From assembly GCF_009914755.1 (NCBI RefSeq), contig NC_060947.1: a DNA stretch of 64,000 nt; one strand, written 5' to 3'. The stretch is from the human T2T-CHM13v2.0 reference genome, Homo sapiens. Under the pieces are notes generated by a model, which worked only from the letters and a program-made list of their open reading frames with translations, searched no databases and had not been told where the DNA came from. Shown piece by piece: positions 15,671-31,796 of this stretch. The position numbers were made by a program, and so were the translations under genes. Positions within the stretch are counted from its first letter, which is position 1. Every line of letters starts with the position of its first letter.

Positions 15671-15910
15671 CTCTCTCAATTTTTCTCGCTCACGCTCCCT
15701 CTCAGCAATACGTTTTCGTCTCTCTTCCTCTTCCTTAAGAGCATTTTGTGTTTCTGTTCTCAGTTTATCATCTTTAAGAATCTTCCGAATTTTCTTTCTG
15801 CCTTTTCCAGGAGACTTGGAATCATCATTTTCATCTTCCTCCTCCTCTTCCTCCTCCTCCTCCTCTTCCTCCTCCTCTTCTTTTTCCTCCTCTTCTTCCT
15901 CAGAATTACT
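15671..15910 (-). CDS. ATRX: ATRX exon 15 (240 nt), SNS-E6-K-E15-DENDDSKSPGKGRKKIRKILKDDKLRTETQNALKEEEERRKRIAEREREREKLRE
   Basis: TAG acceptor; GAG|GTAACT donor; phase 0 to phase 0; GAG/GAA poly-Glu tract. Confidence 0.97.
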
Positions 15911-16076
15911 CTACAGAATTTAAACAATTAGAGGTAAACAGTACAAAGTCATTTAATTTATCCATTTCATATTCCATTAATTAACACAGCAGGAAAAGGT
16001 GGAAGAAAACATGCTGAAAACCTTTAGAATTATATTCAGCAATAGAGTAGTATTAAAAAAAAAAAAACAACTCTTC

Positions 16077-16375
16077 GGCCGGGCACGGTGGCTCACACCT
16101 ATAATCCCAGCACTTTGGGAGGCCGAGGCGGGTGGATCACAAGGTCAGGAGATAGAGACCATCCTGGCTAACACGGTGAAACCCCGTCTCTACTAAAAAT
16201 ACAAAAAAAAAAAATTAGCCGGGCATGGCAGTGTGCGCCTGTAGTCCCAGCTACTCAGGAGGCTGAGGCAGGAAGATGGTGTGAACCCAGGAGGCGGAGC
16301 TCGCAGGGAGCCGAGATCGTGCCATCAGACTCCAGCCTGGGCGACAGAGCGAGACTCTGTCTCAAAAAAAAAAAA
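16077..16375 (+). mobile_element. AluY-like with TSD aaaacaactcttc
   Basis: Diagnostic gagaccatcctggctaacacggtgaaaccccg. Confidence 0.92.
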
Positions 16376-16384
16376 CAACTCTTC

Positions 16385-17210
16385 AACACCTATTAAAAAA
16401 AACAAACAACTCAATTAAAAATGGGCTACCAACTAGAATAAACATTTCTCAAAAGAAGATATAAGCATATGAAAAGATGTTGAATATCACCAGTCATTAG
16501 GAAAATACAAAACAAAACCACAAAGAAATGCCACTTCCCACTCATTAGGATGTTTCTTGTTAAAAAAAAAAAAAAAAAGAAAAAAAGAAAAAAAGAAAGA
16601 AACAAAGGAAGTGTTGGCAAAGATGCAGACAAATTGGAATCTTGGTACATTGCTAACGGGAACGTCAAATGTTACAGATACCAGAGAAAAACAGTGTGGA
16701 GTTTTCCAAAAGTTAAACATACAACTACTATATGATGTAGCAATTCCATTTTTCCATATATACCTAGAATAATTAAAAACAGGGACTCAGATATGTAAAC
16801 ACCCATATTCATAGCAGTATTATTCAAAATAGCCGAAAGGTAGAAACAACCCAAATGTCCATCAACAGATGACTGGGCTAACAAAATGTGGCACACACTT
16901 ACAATGGAATATTATTCACCTTAAAAAGGGAATGAAATTCTGATATATGCTAAAACATGGATGAACCTAGAAAATATTATGTCAATGAAATAAGCCAGAC
17001 ACAAAAGGACAAATATTGCATGATTCAACTTATATATATGAGGTACTTAAAATACACAAATTCTTGGAGACATAAATGAAAATAGAGGTTACCAGGGGAT
17101 GGGGGATAGAAGGAAATGGTGTTAATGTTTAATGAGTGAAGAGTTTCTGCTTGTGAATATAATTAAGGCCACTGAACTGTACATTTTAAAATATTTTAAA
17201 AGTTAATTTT
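16385..17210 (+). mobile_element. Old L1M (L1MB/MC-type) 3' region
   Basis: aaacaacccaaatgtccatcaacagatga...aaataagccagacacaaaaggacaaatattg. Confidence 0.8.
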
Positions 17211-17654
17211 CAAAAGACAAATATCCCTCTGAAGAGCATTGTGTTGACAGAATCAAACATATTACAGACACCTTTTACTTTATGTAAGCCTGCTTAAATA
17301 CAAAAATTCAAATTGGCTGATTTCACTATGAGAAGAAATTTATTCATATATGAGTCATCATTCAGGATAGTATTTTGTCTTCAGAAAATAGAACACTCAC
17401 ATCACTACAAATGTAAAATAATGAATTAGAATGGCTTAAATAAAATTCCATTAGAAATTAAGGAATAGAAAAAAATGATAATGTCAAATCAATACTTTTA
17501 CATATATATATTCAATAACCAATCCTTCCACAAGTGTAAAATGTAAATAAGCCAGTACAATACAATGAATGAATGGAACAGAGAGGTAACAGCATAATTA
17601 CCATAGTCTACTGTACTGGTTATAATTCAAGCATGTGGTAAATGTCATTATTAC

Positions 17655-17757
17655 CTTGTTTTCACTGGATGAATCTTCTTGAACCTTAATACGTCGCCTT
17701 TTCTTTTTCTGTTTATAGCTCCGCTGATTTTCTTCCAACTCTGCTTTCTTTGCAGAC
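17655..17757 (-). CDS. ATRX: ATRX exon 14 (103 nt), (R)SAKKAELEENQRSYKQKKKRRRIKVQEDSSSENK
   Basis: CAG acceptor; AAG|GTAATA donor; basic NLS-like KKKRRR; the R1426 CGA codon at 17694-17696 is intact. Confidence 0.97.
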
Positions 17758-18194
17758 CTGACGAAAATTTAAAACACAAAATAAAATATTTCATGATAAA
17801 CTTCCATCAATAAGTTATGTACTATTTTAAAACTGTTCTACCTCTGTATGCATTCCTAAAAACAAACAGAAAAAAAATCAATAGGTTCAAAATGGATATT
17901 CCAGCAGCAGCCTAACCCTTCATTTTAATCCAATGATCAACATTTTACAGTATCCTGAGGGGAGGTTTGTTATATGAGTAAGAAGATGCATAAAAGGACA
18001 TTAAGACTATTCTTCTAGTATAAAATACAAACAGCCAATAGACATACTAAAAAACATTCATCATCACTAAAAAAAAGCAGATTACAAATTTGAATACTGT
18101 TTTCTTCATAACAGGTCACAGAGATTTAAAAAAAAAAGTAACAACTTTTGGTGAGAAAAATATTTCTGGGCTTAGAAATTGGTACACAAAGCTA

Positions 18195-19260
18195 CATTAA
18201 TCCAGACAAAATAACCACTGTCAGTAAGGATGTGGAGAAAGTGAAACCCTGTTCACTATTAATGGAAATGTAAAATGGTGCAGCTGCTATGGAAACATTA
18301 TGGCAGTTCGTCAAAAAATTAAAAATAGAATTACCATGCAATTCCTTTTCTGGGTATATACCCAAAAGAAATGAAAGCAAGGACTTGAAGAGATATTTCT
18401 ACACCCATGTTCAAAGCAGCATTATTCATGATAGCCAAAAGGTTACAAATCAAATGTCCATCAACAAATAAATTGATAAACAAAACGTGGTATACAATGG
18501 AACATTAAGTCTTTAAAAGGAAGAAAATTCTGAAACATGCCTCAACATACATGAACCTGGAGCACATGATGCTAAGTGAAATAAGCCAGTCAAAAAAGAC
18601 AAATACTGTATGATTCCACTTATATGAGGTTCCTAGAGTAGTAAAATTCATAGAGACAGAAAATAGAATGGTGGTTGCCAGGGGCTTCAGGGAAGAGGAA
18701 AAAGAGAGTGGTTTAATGAGTAACATTTCAATTTTGCAAGGGGAAAAGGTTTTGGAGATTGGTTCAAAAAAAGTGAATGTACTTAACACTACTAAGCCAT
18801 ACACTTAAAAATCGTTAAGATGAAAATAAAAATTCCCAGTAATACCATGAAAGAAAAAAAATGGTTAAGATGGTAAATGTTATGTGCATTTTACCACTAT
18901 TAAAAATAATCATTAAAGAAAGAATGAAGTACTGATACAGGCTACAACATGGATGAACCATGAAAACATTATGCTAAGTGAAAAAAAAATCCATTCATAA
19001 AAGGATATACATTATATGAATCAACTCATGCAAAATATCCAGAACAGGCAAATCCATAGAGACAGAAAGTAGATTTTAGTGTTTATTAGAGTACGAGGGC
19101 ATGGGGAATGGAAAATGACTGCTAGTAAGTACAGGGTTGTTTTCTTGGATGATGGAAATGTTCAGAAATTATAGAGTGGTGTTTGTTGCACAACTTTGCA
19201 AATATTCTGAAGACCACTGTATTCCACAGTATAACATGCTGAATTGTATCTTGGTTTAAA
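18195..19260 (+). mobile_element. Two old L1M 3'-end fragments
   Basis: gatgtggagaaagtgaaaccct...gctaagtgaaataagccagtc; a second copy starts near 18920. Confidence 0.75.
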
Positions 19261-19629
19261 AAAAAAAAAAACCTCTCATCATATCTTATCATTTTCATTT
19301 TATATTGACTTAAAGTATAATATATTGCTATATTCTAAGCACAACCTGGTAAGTATTAACCTAAAAAAACCTCGAATGTTCTAAAACTTACAAATGCAGA
19401 TAGACACCTTTGTAGACATACATACACAAACACACACAGATTGTTCATTTGATAAACTGTAGAAAGATTATGTTATTCTGGGGGAAATAAGAAAATTGTA
19501 GTAGTAGTATTATCTAACATACCATACTAAGAAGGAAGCCAAATTTTAAATTACAGGTAATCTAGATCAGTGACTGTTCGTGTTACAAGAACAAGCATAT
19601 CATTATTACTGTAGTACTACTGAGACCAA

Positions 19630-19850
19630 TAATTTATATATTGAGCACTTACTATTTGCCAGGTAGGTACTATTATAAACCTTGTACACGTATTGTCTCA
19701 TTTAATGCCCACAATAGTCAGTCAAGTATATTGTAATCCCCCACTTTACAGATGAGGAAACTGAAGCATAGATTATTTATACAAACAGAAAGTAGAAAAG
19801 CCCAAAGTTAGACTGAGGCAGTTTTTCTATAAAGCCTCTTTACTATTATC
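19630..19850 (-). mobile_element. MIR SINE
   Basis: tattgagcacttactatttgccagg...cccactttacagatgaggaaactgaagc. Confidence 0.75.
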
Positions 19851-20116
19851 CTACAATTTCCCCCGTAACAATAAAACACTGCAGACACGAGTGGTTTTGC
19901 AGACTGAAAATCTACCCAGGTTAGAATACATAATTCAACTACACATAAAATATGCTTAGATTCTTTTTAAACTATTAAGTATAACAATTAGTTTCAAATC
20001 AAAATATTATATATCACACTAACTTAACTTTATTGGTAACAGTAACCATATAAATCATTTGAAGGCATGGTCATTCAGATTAATTCCTAAAATTTTTTAA
20101 AAACCAATTATAATAC

Positions 20117-20210
20117 CTTGTTCTGGGCCGCTGTTCATCTTCGGATTCACTAACTTCTTCACTAACTCCTGATTCCTGAAAATCAGAATCTTCTGAATCT
20201 TCACTGCTCA
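20117..20210 (-). CDS. ATRX: ATRX exon 13 (94 nt), (V)SSEDSEDSDFQESGVSEEVSESEDEQRPRT(R)
   Basis: AAG acceptor; AAG|GTATTA donor; frame continuous. Confidence 0.96.
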
Positions 20211-21407
20211 CTTGAATTTTAAAAAATACATAAAATTATTAATTATTTTTCAATAGAAACCTAATTCACTTAATTTACCACTGACTCGACATTAAAACAG
20301 AGCATTGTAAGAACATCAGAGGTATATATGTGAATGGATAATACATAATATAGAATATACCAGTTAATGCTTTACATGATATACATAAAATTCAGATGTA
20401 TTTCTAATGTAATTATAAAACTGTGGTTGTACATTAAAATATAAGTATTCAATTGTATATGAATTGACAGAATAAGAATAAATTACCTGTCAATAAAATA
20501 TATGTAATTACCAAAGGTAAATTAATGAAAAAGAAGTTTGGCTATTCAAAACAAGCAAGGTAGGCTGGCCAAGATGGAGTAAGATTACAGATTGTCTCCA
20601 CCAATGATGACACAACCGAAGAACTCGGAAAGGGAAACAATAATAGGCAGATTGGAGACTGAAATCAAAACTTGAATAATGACCCCTCTACAATTGGTGG
20701 AGGGGAGAGAGCTGTGAGGGCGTATGGTTATTTTCTTTCTTTGTTTCCTGGTTTTGACCAGAAGGCAGGCTAAATTCCAAAGGTATGCAGACGGTACTGA
20801 CAACAAGACTGTGAAGAAAAATCCCTATTTCTAGCCACAACACCAGGAAAATCAGGCTCTACATGTGGAATCCTCAATTTTCTTTTTCTCACAATTAACA
20901 CAGTAATGGAAGCATATAAAATTCCAGGAGAAAACCTCTTTCTGGCCAGAGGAAGCAGGGCAGAAAAAAATACAAGATAAGCTTACAACATCTTATAGTG
21001 CCAGAAAACAAAGCAGTGTTCAAACATGGGCAGGCACATGTTGAAAGGACACAAGATTCAACTTGAAGGAGCTCCCAACAACCAAAGCTAGAACAATTTG
21101 AGCAATAAAATAAATGATACTATTTGATTATAACTGGTAAAATAAAAATCTATAAGTCATATTGATATAAATAATGCAATAAATAAATAGGGGAAAACAA
21201 ATCTCCCTTACAATTACTAAATGTGGAAGTAATGAAATAAATAGAAAATTACAACTAGGCAAATACCACAGTACTAACTGCTTCACCCAAGATGCATACT
21301 AAAATTAGTGGGCTTAAGTATGATAAGAAACAGGATATATGCATGGTCACAAAGTATCTCCCAACAAAATACTAAATATAGATAGAAAAATAATATTTTC
21401 TTCTTTA

Positions 21408-21844
<437 letters not shown>

Positions 21845-22102
21845 TCAAAATGCATAATAATCTCAATTCGATCATGAGAAAACATTAGACAAATATATAT
21901 CAAGGAACAGTTGAGAAAATAAGGAATCAACACTCCACAAGTGTCAAGGTCATCAAAGTAAAGACTGAGGAATTGTCACAGGCTGAAGTAGATTAAGGAG
22001 ACATTATAACTCGATGCAATGTGAGATCCTGGATTGAATCATAGAGCAGAAAGAAAACATTAGTGGGAAAACTAATCTCTGAATAAGATCTATAGTTTAC
22101 TT

Positions 22103-22325
22103 CAGAGGTCATAAAACATTTTATGTAAAAAGTTTGATAGTAAATATTTTTGACTTGTGGACCGTATGGTCTCTGTTGCAACTACTCATCTCTACTCAAC
22201 TTTGCCATTGTACATATGTGAAAACAGTAAATTAATGAATATGGCTGTGTTTCAATAAAAGCTTATTTATAAAAACAGGCAGAGGATCAGATTTGGCCCA
22301 CAGGTGCAGTTTGTAAACCCCCGGC
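22103..22325. mobile_element. MER58A-like hAT-Charlie DNA transposon relic
   Basis: atagtaaatatttt...gtatggtctctgttgcaactactca...atggctgtgtttcaataaaa...gatttggcccacagg. Confidence 0.75.
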
Positions 22326-23035
22326 TTAGTTGATAGTATTGTACCAATATTAATTTCCTGGTTTTGATCATGGTACTATGATAGGGTATTAAATCAGGGA
22401 AGCTAGGTGAAAGATACACAGAACTCTGCACTATTTGTGTAACATTTCTGTAAATCAAGAATTGTTTCAAAATAATTTTTTAAAAAAATCTATCATAACC
22501 TGAGATCAGAATCAAAGATCTATTCCAGCTTTTTAAAAAATGAGAGAACATAAATGCTAACAGAAATGCTATAAATGGGAGAACATAAATGCTATAAAGA
22601 AATGTCGGGGGAGAGGGGAACAAAGAGTTATTGTTTAATGGTTAAAGAGATTCCATTTGGAATGACGACACGTTTTAGGGACAGACAGAAGTTATGGTTG
22701 TATAAAAATGTGAATGTACTTAATGTCACTGAATCATACACTTAAAAATGGGTAAAATGGTAAATTTTATGTTACATATATTTTACCACAATAATAAAAA
22801 AAAAGAATAGCTAAGCAACTGGAAAGCTGGGAGAATACCAAAAACACACACACTGACACAAAAAAATCCTGTAATTAAGTATAATTTTAAGCCTAGTATT
22901 AATTGTTCACCCAGCATTTTAAAATTTTTGAAATCTACCAAAAATTTGAAAGAATTATTGAATGAACACTTGTATCCCTTCTCCTAAATTCACTTATTGT
23001 TAGCAGTTTACCACATTTGCTTTTTTTCTTTCTCT

Positions 23036-23039
<4 letters not shown>

Positions 23040-23080
<41 letters not shown>
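23040..23080. repeat. (CA)n microsatellite, about 20 units
   Basis: Direct reading. Confidence 0.97.
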
Positions 23081-23082
<2 letters not shown>

Positions 23083-23837
23083 CAGACACAACTTTTCTTA
23101 CACTGAACCATGTGATATTAAGCGCGGATGACACTTTACCCCTAAGCATAAGGATACTGCCCTACATAACTAAATACCATTATCACATCTGAAAAAAAAA
23201 TTACTATCATCTAATATGAAGGCAATATTTACAATTTCAAATTGTCACTAAAATAATTTTGTAACATTTTTCTAATTTAGGAGAAAATTAGAGTTCACAT
23301 GTTGCACTTTGTTCTTATACCTCTTCAATGCATTTCAATTTAATTCAACTAGATTTAATAAGCAGACTATTCACTACTGATTTTTTCCCATCTCTCAATT
23401 CAAATTTCCAAATAATATAGGAACATTAGAATTTACAAAACTCAGAAAATCATGCAACTTCAACTATATATCAACCACTATGATCACAATCCATATTAGA
23501 AACACAAATATGATGAGATTTTAGAAGTTTACTCTCTCCTACACAAACAAAAAACAACAACAACAAAACCACTTGGGTAATAAATTACCCACAGAATCAG
23601 GCTGTAGAAACACAGATCACAGAAAACTCAGGTTTTAATAAAGCAAATCTCAAATGTAATCATATATATTAAAAGGGTCTATATATTGAACTAAGCTTCA
23701 GAAGCAAAATCAATATTGCCCCTTTTGTTGAAGAGGCACAGGAATCCATGTTGTGATATATAACATGCTAAATCACACAGTTCCTTTATAGAATCTGTAA
23801 GAGCTTGCAGCCATATTGCAAAGAAATTTATAAGACA

Positions 23838-24172
23838 AGCTGGGCGCAGTGGCTCACGCCTGTAATCCCAGCACTTTTGGGAGGCCGAGGCGGGTGGATC
23901 ACGAGGTCAGGAGATCGAGACCATCCTGGCTAACACGGTGAAACCCTGTTTCTACTAAAAATATAAAAAATTAGCCGGGCATGGTGGTGGGCGCCTGTAG
24001 TCCCAGCTACTAGGGAAGCTGAGGCAGGAGAATGGCATGAACCCGGGAGGCAGAGCTTGCAGTGTGAGCCGAGATCGCGCCACTGCACTCCGGCCTGGGC
24101 GACAAAGCAAGACTCCGACTCAAAATAAATAAATAAATAAATAATAAAAATAAAAAAATAATAATAATAAAA
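23838..24172 (+). mobile_element. AluY-like with TSD aagaaatttataagacaag
   Basis: acgaggtcaggagatcgagaccatcctggctaacacggtgaaacc; 19-bp flanking direct repeat. Confidence 0.95.
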
Positions 24173-24923
24173 AAGAAATTTATAAGACAAGTAGTCACAA
24201 AATGATGTACTATTATTTATTAACATTAAAATGTCCATGACATATTAATTGTATATGTGTGTGGCAAGAACTTCTCCCCCTCATCTTTAGTGAATAACTC
24301 TTGCCCAAAAGCCCTATAAATGTTTAGGATTCCAAGACTATGTCCTTAGCTTTCCATTTGTAAAACATTACAACTCCACTGAATAACCTTAACTATTTCT
24401 GTGATATTGTACATACACCATGACAACTCTAAAAACCTGACACTCATTGTAGACTTTTCCCTTTCATACCAATTAAGAAGACCTAACAATTCAACCTCCT
24501 ATAAGACTCAAGTCAATCTTCCTCTTCTCCAACAACCCCATTTGTCATCAACTACAGCAATACCTTCCAAACATTCAGTGCCTTCATTCTCACTGAATAG
24601 TAAGGAACTAATCTGATCATATGATATCTTTGATTAAAATCTTTCAATAGGGAAAAAAGTGGTCATGCTGAGATTGTGATTCTTGGGTGTTAGTAATCAA
24701 CATCTTGTTCCTTGATCTGGGTGCCCTACGTTTTCATCAAGATGTCTACTTATTGATAATGTGCACTTCTTTGTACATACATTTCAAATAAAACATTTTT
24801 TAAAGTGGTGGTAATCCTCTATGATTATACTAAAAACTGCTAAATTGTATACTGTAAATGGTGAACTGTGTGGTTTGTGAGTTATATCTCAATATAGCTG
24901 TTATACAAAAAATTTAAAAATAA

Positions 24924-25035
24924 GGCCGGTACGGTGGCTCACGCCTATAATCCCAGCACTTTGGGAGGCCGAGGTAGGTGGATAACCAGAGGTCCAGAGT
25001 TCAAAAATAAATACAGTAATTGAAAAAAAAAAAAA
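24924..25035 (+). mobile_element. Alu 5' fragment
   Basis: ggccggtacggtggctcacgcctataatcccagcactttgggaggccgagg...agttcaa followed by A-rich sequence. Confidence 0.85.
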
Positions 25036-26226
25036 ACTTTTCAATGGCTCTGCATCCTTTAGAGCCTATTATATTTCCCAAACACTTGCAAAAATGCGTT
25101 CCTATTCCCAGTTGGCAAAGAAGAGTTCATCTGCCATCCATGGGTTGGGTACTAACAACAGTCTTCAAAATTTACCCCTAGTCATCAAAAAGCCCACCAC
25201 AGCAACAACAAAAAAATTCTTTGAACTTTTTGTTACCCAAAATTCGCAGGCAAATATCACATTTAATTACCCAATATATATTATTTAACATAAAATGACC
25301 TTCCCCAAACCTCAAATTATAAATAGAGACACCAAAGAGATGTACACCTTGGTATACCACCCAGTACTCCAGTGTGAAAAACACAGGCTTACAAAGATCT
25401 CCAGTATCTGGTCTCTGTTTTACAGGCCCAGCTTCATCCCCTGTTGTTCCTTTCCCTACTCCTATCTATAGAGCAGCTTATACTATATTAATTGTATCCC
25501 ATCCATCATGTGCCAACATTTTACACAGGTTTTAAAATTTTTTTCCCTGCTTGTGTTGTAAATCTTCACAACAATCTACGTGCTCCCACATTTTGAATTT
25601 AATCTGTTGGGTAAAAGCCTTCTTTGTGAAGCCTTCTCTGGGGTAACTCCTACCCCTCAAGAAGCTAAAGAAGCCCTTCTTTGTGCCACATTATATAATT
25701 ACGTTACACAAAATGTCCCTCATGGTGCTATAATTTTTTTATAATACAAAGGTCAATAATTCTTACTAAACCAGTGACTGCCAAACCTAGTTACCTATCA
25801 GAATCACTGAGATACATTTTTATTCATTTTTGTATCCTCAATGCCCACCATACTGCTGGAAACATGTAAGCCCTCAATGCAAAAGGACTCAGGCTTTTAA
25901 TGAAATGGAAATCTACTCTGACTATATGCCAGTCAAGTTCTGCATATAAGCTTGCATAAATTTACCCAAATTAATTTCATTTTCTACCCTTCTACAGGAA
26001 AGCACTAATTCTGCAGTTGTATGCAATCTTATACTTTCTACATAATGTTTTATTTATTAAATCATATTTATTTCTCTTTATAATCTAAAGGTTAAAAATA
26101 TTCTTTGTGTCATCTAAAGTTTCTGGGTTATCTTCCCACTCTAAATTATTAATTTTAATCTCATGTGATAGTATACTTGTTGCCAGTGTACTGACATTTG
26201 CTTAATATAAGTGGTCAACTGTTTGA

Positions 26227-26548
<322 letters not shown>

Positions 26549-26577
26549 ATACACTTAAATTTCATTACTATAATTAG

Positions 26578-26922
<345 letters not shown>

Positions 26923-26935
26923 TAAAACATCTTAC

Positions 26936-27112
26936 CCTTTCTTCTGTTTCTGCCTTTGACTTCTTTATGCTCTTTAGGCTTTGTCTTTTTTTCTTCTCCA
27001 GATTCTCCGTCACTCACAGTCAATTTGTGCCGCAAAAGCCTATGTCTGTATCTTGGCTTCTTAGATTCTTCAGAATCTGAATCTGATTCAGAATTGACTT
27101 GATTTTTTGCTT
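26936..27112 (-). CDS. ATRX: ATRX exon 12 (177 nt), (E)AKNQVNSESDSDSEESKKPRYRHRLLRHKLTVSDGESGEEKKTKPKEHKEVKGRNRRK(V)
   Basis: Lies inside ORF 26922..27134(-); TAG acceptor; AGG|GTAAGA donor. Confidence 0.97.
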
Positions 27113-27373
27113 CTAAATGAAGGAAATAAATCAATAAAACCTTCTTCAGCCTTTAAAATGCCTCGTATATCTATTTTGCCTGTTGACAACTACTGCAACT
27201 TATGAAAAAAATCAGAGTTAGACACATACTTTGGTATCATTGGTGTTATCAGGTAATCTCACACATCAGACTTGACATATTACTATTATTAAATATTGAC
27301 TAAATATCACCTATATATTTATAGAACCCTTTGTAAGGTATAAAATATTTTGCTTTGAAAATCATCTGTTTAG

Positions 27374-27670
<297 letters not shown>

Positions 27671-27775
27671 ATCATCTGTTTATTGGCAGTAACTGACAAA
27701 ATTAGAGTAACTTCCATAATTATTACAAGATATTCAAGAGAAGTCATGGTAATAAAGTTTTAAACATTTCCATGA

Positions 27776-28108
<333 letters not shown>

Positions 28109-28198
28109 TAAGATATTTCTTGGTCAGATATTCTTCAAAGACTGAATTAGTCAAGGAATCAAATTATGACATTATAAACTTCTCTCTGGGGAGCTCAC

Positions 28199-28332
28199 CC
28201 TCATCTCCTGGGTTTTCTTCATTTTGTTTTCCAGTTCTTTTTTTCCCTTCTTCTGGCTCATCATCTGAAGATCCATCCTCATCAGAGGAAAGATTGGCTT
28301 TAATTTCTTCTAAAAGCATCTTCTTGGCAATT
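28199..28332 (-). CDS. ATRX: ATRX exon 11 (134 nt), (R)IAKKMLLEEIKANLSSDEDGSSDDEPEEGKKRTGKQNEENPGDE(E); DAXX-binding helix
   Basis: AAG acceptor after a T-rich tract; AGG|GTGAGC donor; frame continuous with exon 10. Confidence 0.97.
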
Positions 28333-30136
28333 CTTGAGAGTAAAAAACAATAAAAAAAGAACTATATATCTGGGGGTGAAATACACCAAATTAAAAATAA
28401 AAACAGACTTCTTTGAATCAAAATAGAAATAAATGTGCCAATAGATTTTATATTGTAAATAAACAACTAGCAAAACCATGTTTTAACCTAAGCTATAAAC
28501 AAAAACTTTTAAAAATGTTCTTTACACTTATTATTTCTCAATTCTATACAATTCTGCAATATATTGAAAACTCTGAAGGACATATTCTATTGACTATTTT
28601 TACCAATTGCAATTTGATGCTGCATAACCTTCCAATCCTCTATTTGCTTTGCTGACACCATCCTACAACTACAAAGTCAGACAGGTCAACAACAGTAAAT
28701 GAACTTGTTCAGATAAATGGCATTCCAAGATAAAACTCCACGAGAGGTTTTATTCAACAGCAAAATATATTCTTGGAAAACCAATGTGTAATAAACCACT
28801 ATATAATGACACCTTGCTTCAAACTAGAGGATGATAGTTTTGGACCTTAATTTCAATGTACTACATAAATGCTGTGAACCAGATGAAAGCATACACAAAT
28901 GTTAAGTATTACAGCAATAAATAATCTCTAATAATATTCAAGACAGGGGAAAGAAGGGACATGAGTGCTATTAATTACATACATGGTAAAAAGAACACGA
29001 ATTACCATAAATGGGTTACTTTAAAAAAAATAGTGCAGTTGCTTCACTCACAACAAAATTTCTCAAGATGCTCCTCAAAGACCAATTTGCTAATGGAAAA
29101 ATCAATTACTAAAAGCATAAGAAAACACTACTTTTACTCCTACCATCATATGTTAAAATAAAATATATTCCTAGGAAATCTCCATGTTTATACTCAAGAA
29201 AAATAACTGAAAATGTAAGATTAAAGCAATCATACAGCTTTTGTGCAAGACAAGATGTTTTGATAAGTCTGGGTATCCTTTCAATATAAATTCACAAATC
29301 ACGGTAACAAGAAAATAGCTTATAGAAAAGTTCAAAAAGAAGATGGCATGATCCTGACAGTCTGCCATGAGCTAATCTGTATGGGATAAACATGTTCTCT
29401 GCAATCAAGACTGACTCTCTAAGTCAAAAACTTGTAGCTGAGATGATGGAACATTTGTTATTTCTGGATTTGAAACCCCTCTTTACACTTCTTAGCACGC
29501 ACCCACATTTCAATGAAGAATTCATTCAATGGCAGGAGATATTAATGCATGTTAGCTGCCTCCTAAATTTTATTTGACAGATAGATTGTTCATTACTATT
29601 CATATTCAAAGATGCATAGCAAAGGCATCTAAATAGACTGAAGCAAAATAGGCAATCACTTCCATAAATGTTTATTATATGCCTTTTGGTGCTTTCTCCC
29701 TCAAACAGATGGATCAGGAATATTTAGACAACACACAGAATCATCAATTGCTAAAGGAAGCCACAGATGGGTTTGCTTTTCTGAGGATTTCTGCCCTGAT
29801 TTGTATTTCAATAAAGTGAAGATTAGATCACACCAATTTAAATCTTACTAAAGTTGAGCTATAAAGTTTTGCTCTTACATTTCTAGATCAATGGTTTGCA
29901 CACTGTAAGCTTTCTTAAAATGGGACAAATACAGGGTTGCCAACTTTTCATTTTGCCAAAAAAAGAAATTTAAACCCAAATTCCATTTACTTTCATCATT
30001 TATAAAATAAAGACTATTTACAACATACCCTCCCCAAATTAGGAAACAGTTTCAGAATAAAGGGAAACCCTTTAAATTGAAGATATACATCTTTCTGGAA
30101 AAATTCTCTAAAATCATCTTTTTAAAAAAAATTTCA

Positions 30137-30438
<302 letters not shown>

Positions 30439-30850
30439 TTATTATAATGTTGTCTGCAATAGCAAAGGGTGAGAAAACGTTTAAACATTCAATATCAGAA
30501 ACTGATTAAATAGTATTTTCACATGATTATCCATAAGAGATAGAAATTAAAATGATATTCTAAATAAGATTAAGATAGAAAATATTTATTAATATTCAGT
30601 GAAAAAGTAATTTATAAACCACAATATAGTTCTATTTAAAAAAAAAAAACTTCTAAAATTTGTATGTCCCTAAAAAAGACTAGAAGATACTAAAATAAAA
30701 TGTTAGCAGCAAATTTCTATGTCTGGCACAGCACTTTTTTTTTCTGTTGGTATATATTAAAACCATCTTTAGTAATACTACACTGTCATTTCTCATGGAC
30801 CAGAAAAACTTCCTCAAACTAATCTGAATAATGAATTTTGGGACGAATAA

Positions 30851-30854
<4 letters not shown>

Positions 30855-30894
<40 letters not shown>
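30855..30894. repeat. (TG)n microsatellite, about 20 units
   Basis: Direct reading. Confidence 0.97.
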
Positions 30895-30897
<3 letters not shown>

Positions 30898-31796
30898 AAA
30901 TATGTGAAGCATTGAATACTGGATTAGAAATGGAAAAACACAGTTTACTTGCAAGTACAAGATCTCATACCATCATTTGGGTTGAACACTAAACAGCCAA
31001 CAAAAATACAATTCCTAATCTAGTTACTTGAAAGCCTAGTTCAACAACCTGATTTCAGTTTGTGTTTACAAGTTCAAAAAAAGTCTTTAAAAAATTCCTA
31101 TTAACTATAAAGATTTGGTTGTTAATTGTAGGAAATCACACAATTTTTCTTCTTTCAAATCCCAGTCTCCAAAGAATATGTCTACTAAAAAACGGAAAGT
31201 CACAATACATAAACCTACTTAATGCATTCTCAAGTTCTGGATTGTCATTAGACTAAGAAATATGATGTACATGAGATAAAATACAATTGTATACCTATTA
31301 ATAAATCATATAAAGTGAAATCAGATCCACATACTGTAGAAGTACAACTTAGCGACAACTTTCAGTAAGATCATAACATATAGAACAATCATAGTACATT
31401 CAGAAGCCAAAAAATTACAAACTTCAGGTCATTTTTCTCCAAATCACAAATTATATACAGAGTGATGGAGACTACCTGGCTAAAGGTTTTATTTTTGCCC
31501 TCTAACACCTTTTGTCCAAAGGAAAACCTAATTTATAGCTATGTAAATTAAGCCCTAAAAAGAATAAGTTGAATCATTTTGCATAAGTTATTACTGAAGT
31601 CCAATATGTCAAAGACCCAGTCTACCATAAACCTAGCCTATAACATAATAACCTACATTTCAAAATTAGAACTTAATTTAACGGACCTAAGGGCTGAGGC
31701 TGACCTTCAACCTGAGTAGTCAGCAAGCATGTTGAAGTGAGATGTGTCCCATCTACAAAGCCTGCTGTGAGATGCTTTAAAGGGAAACTCCACTAC

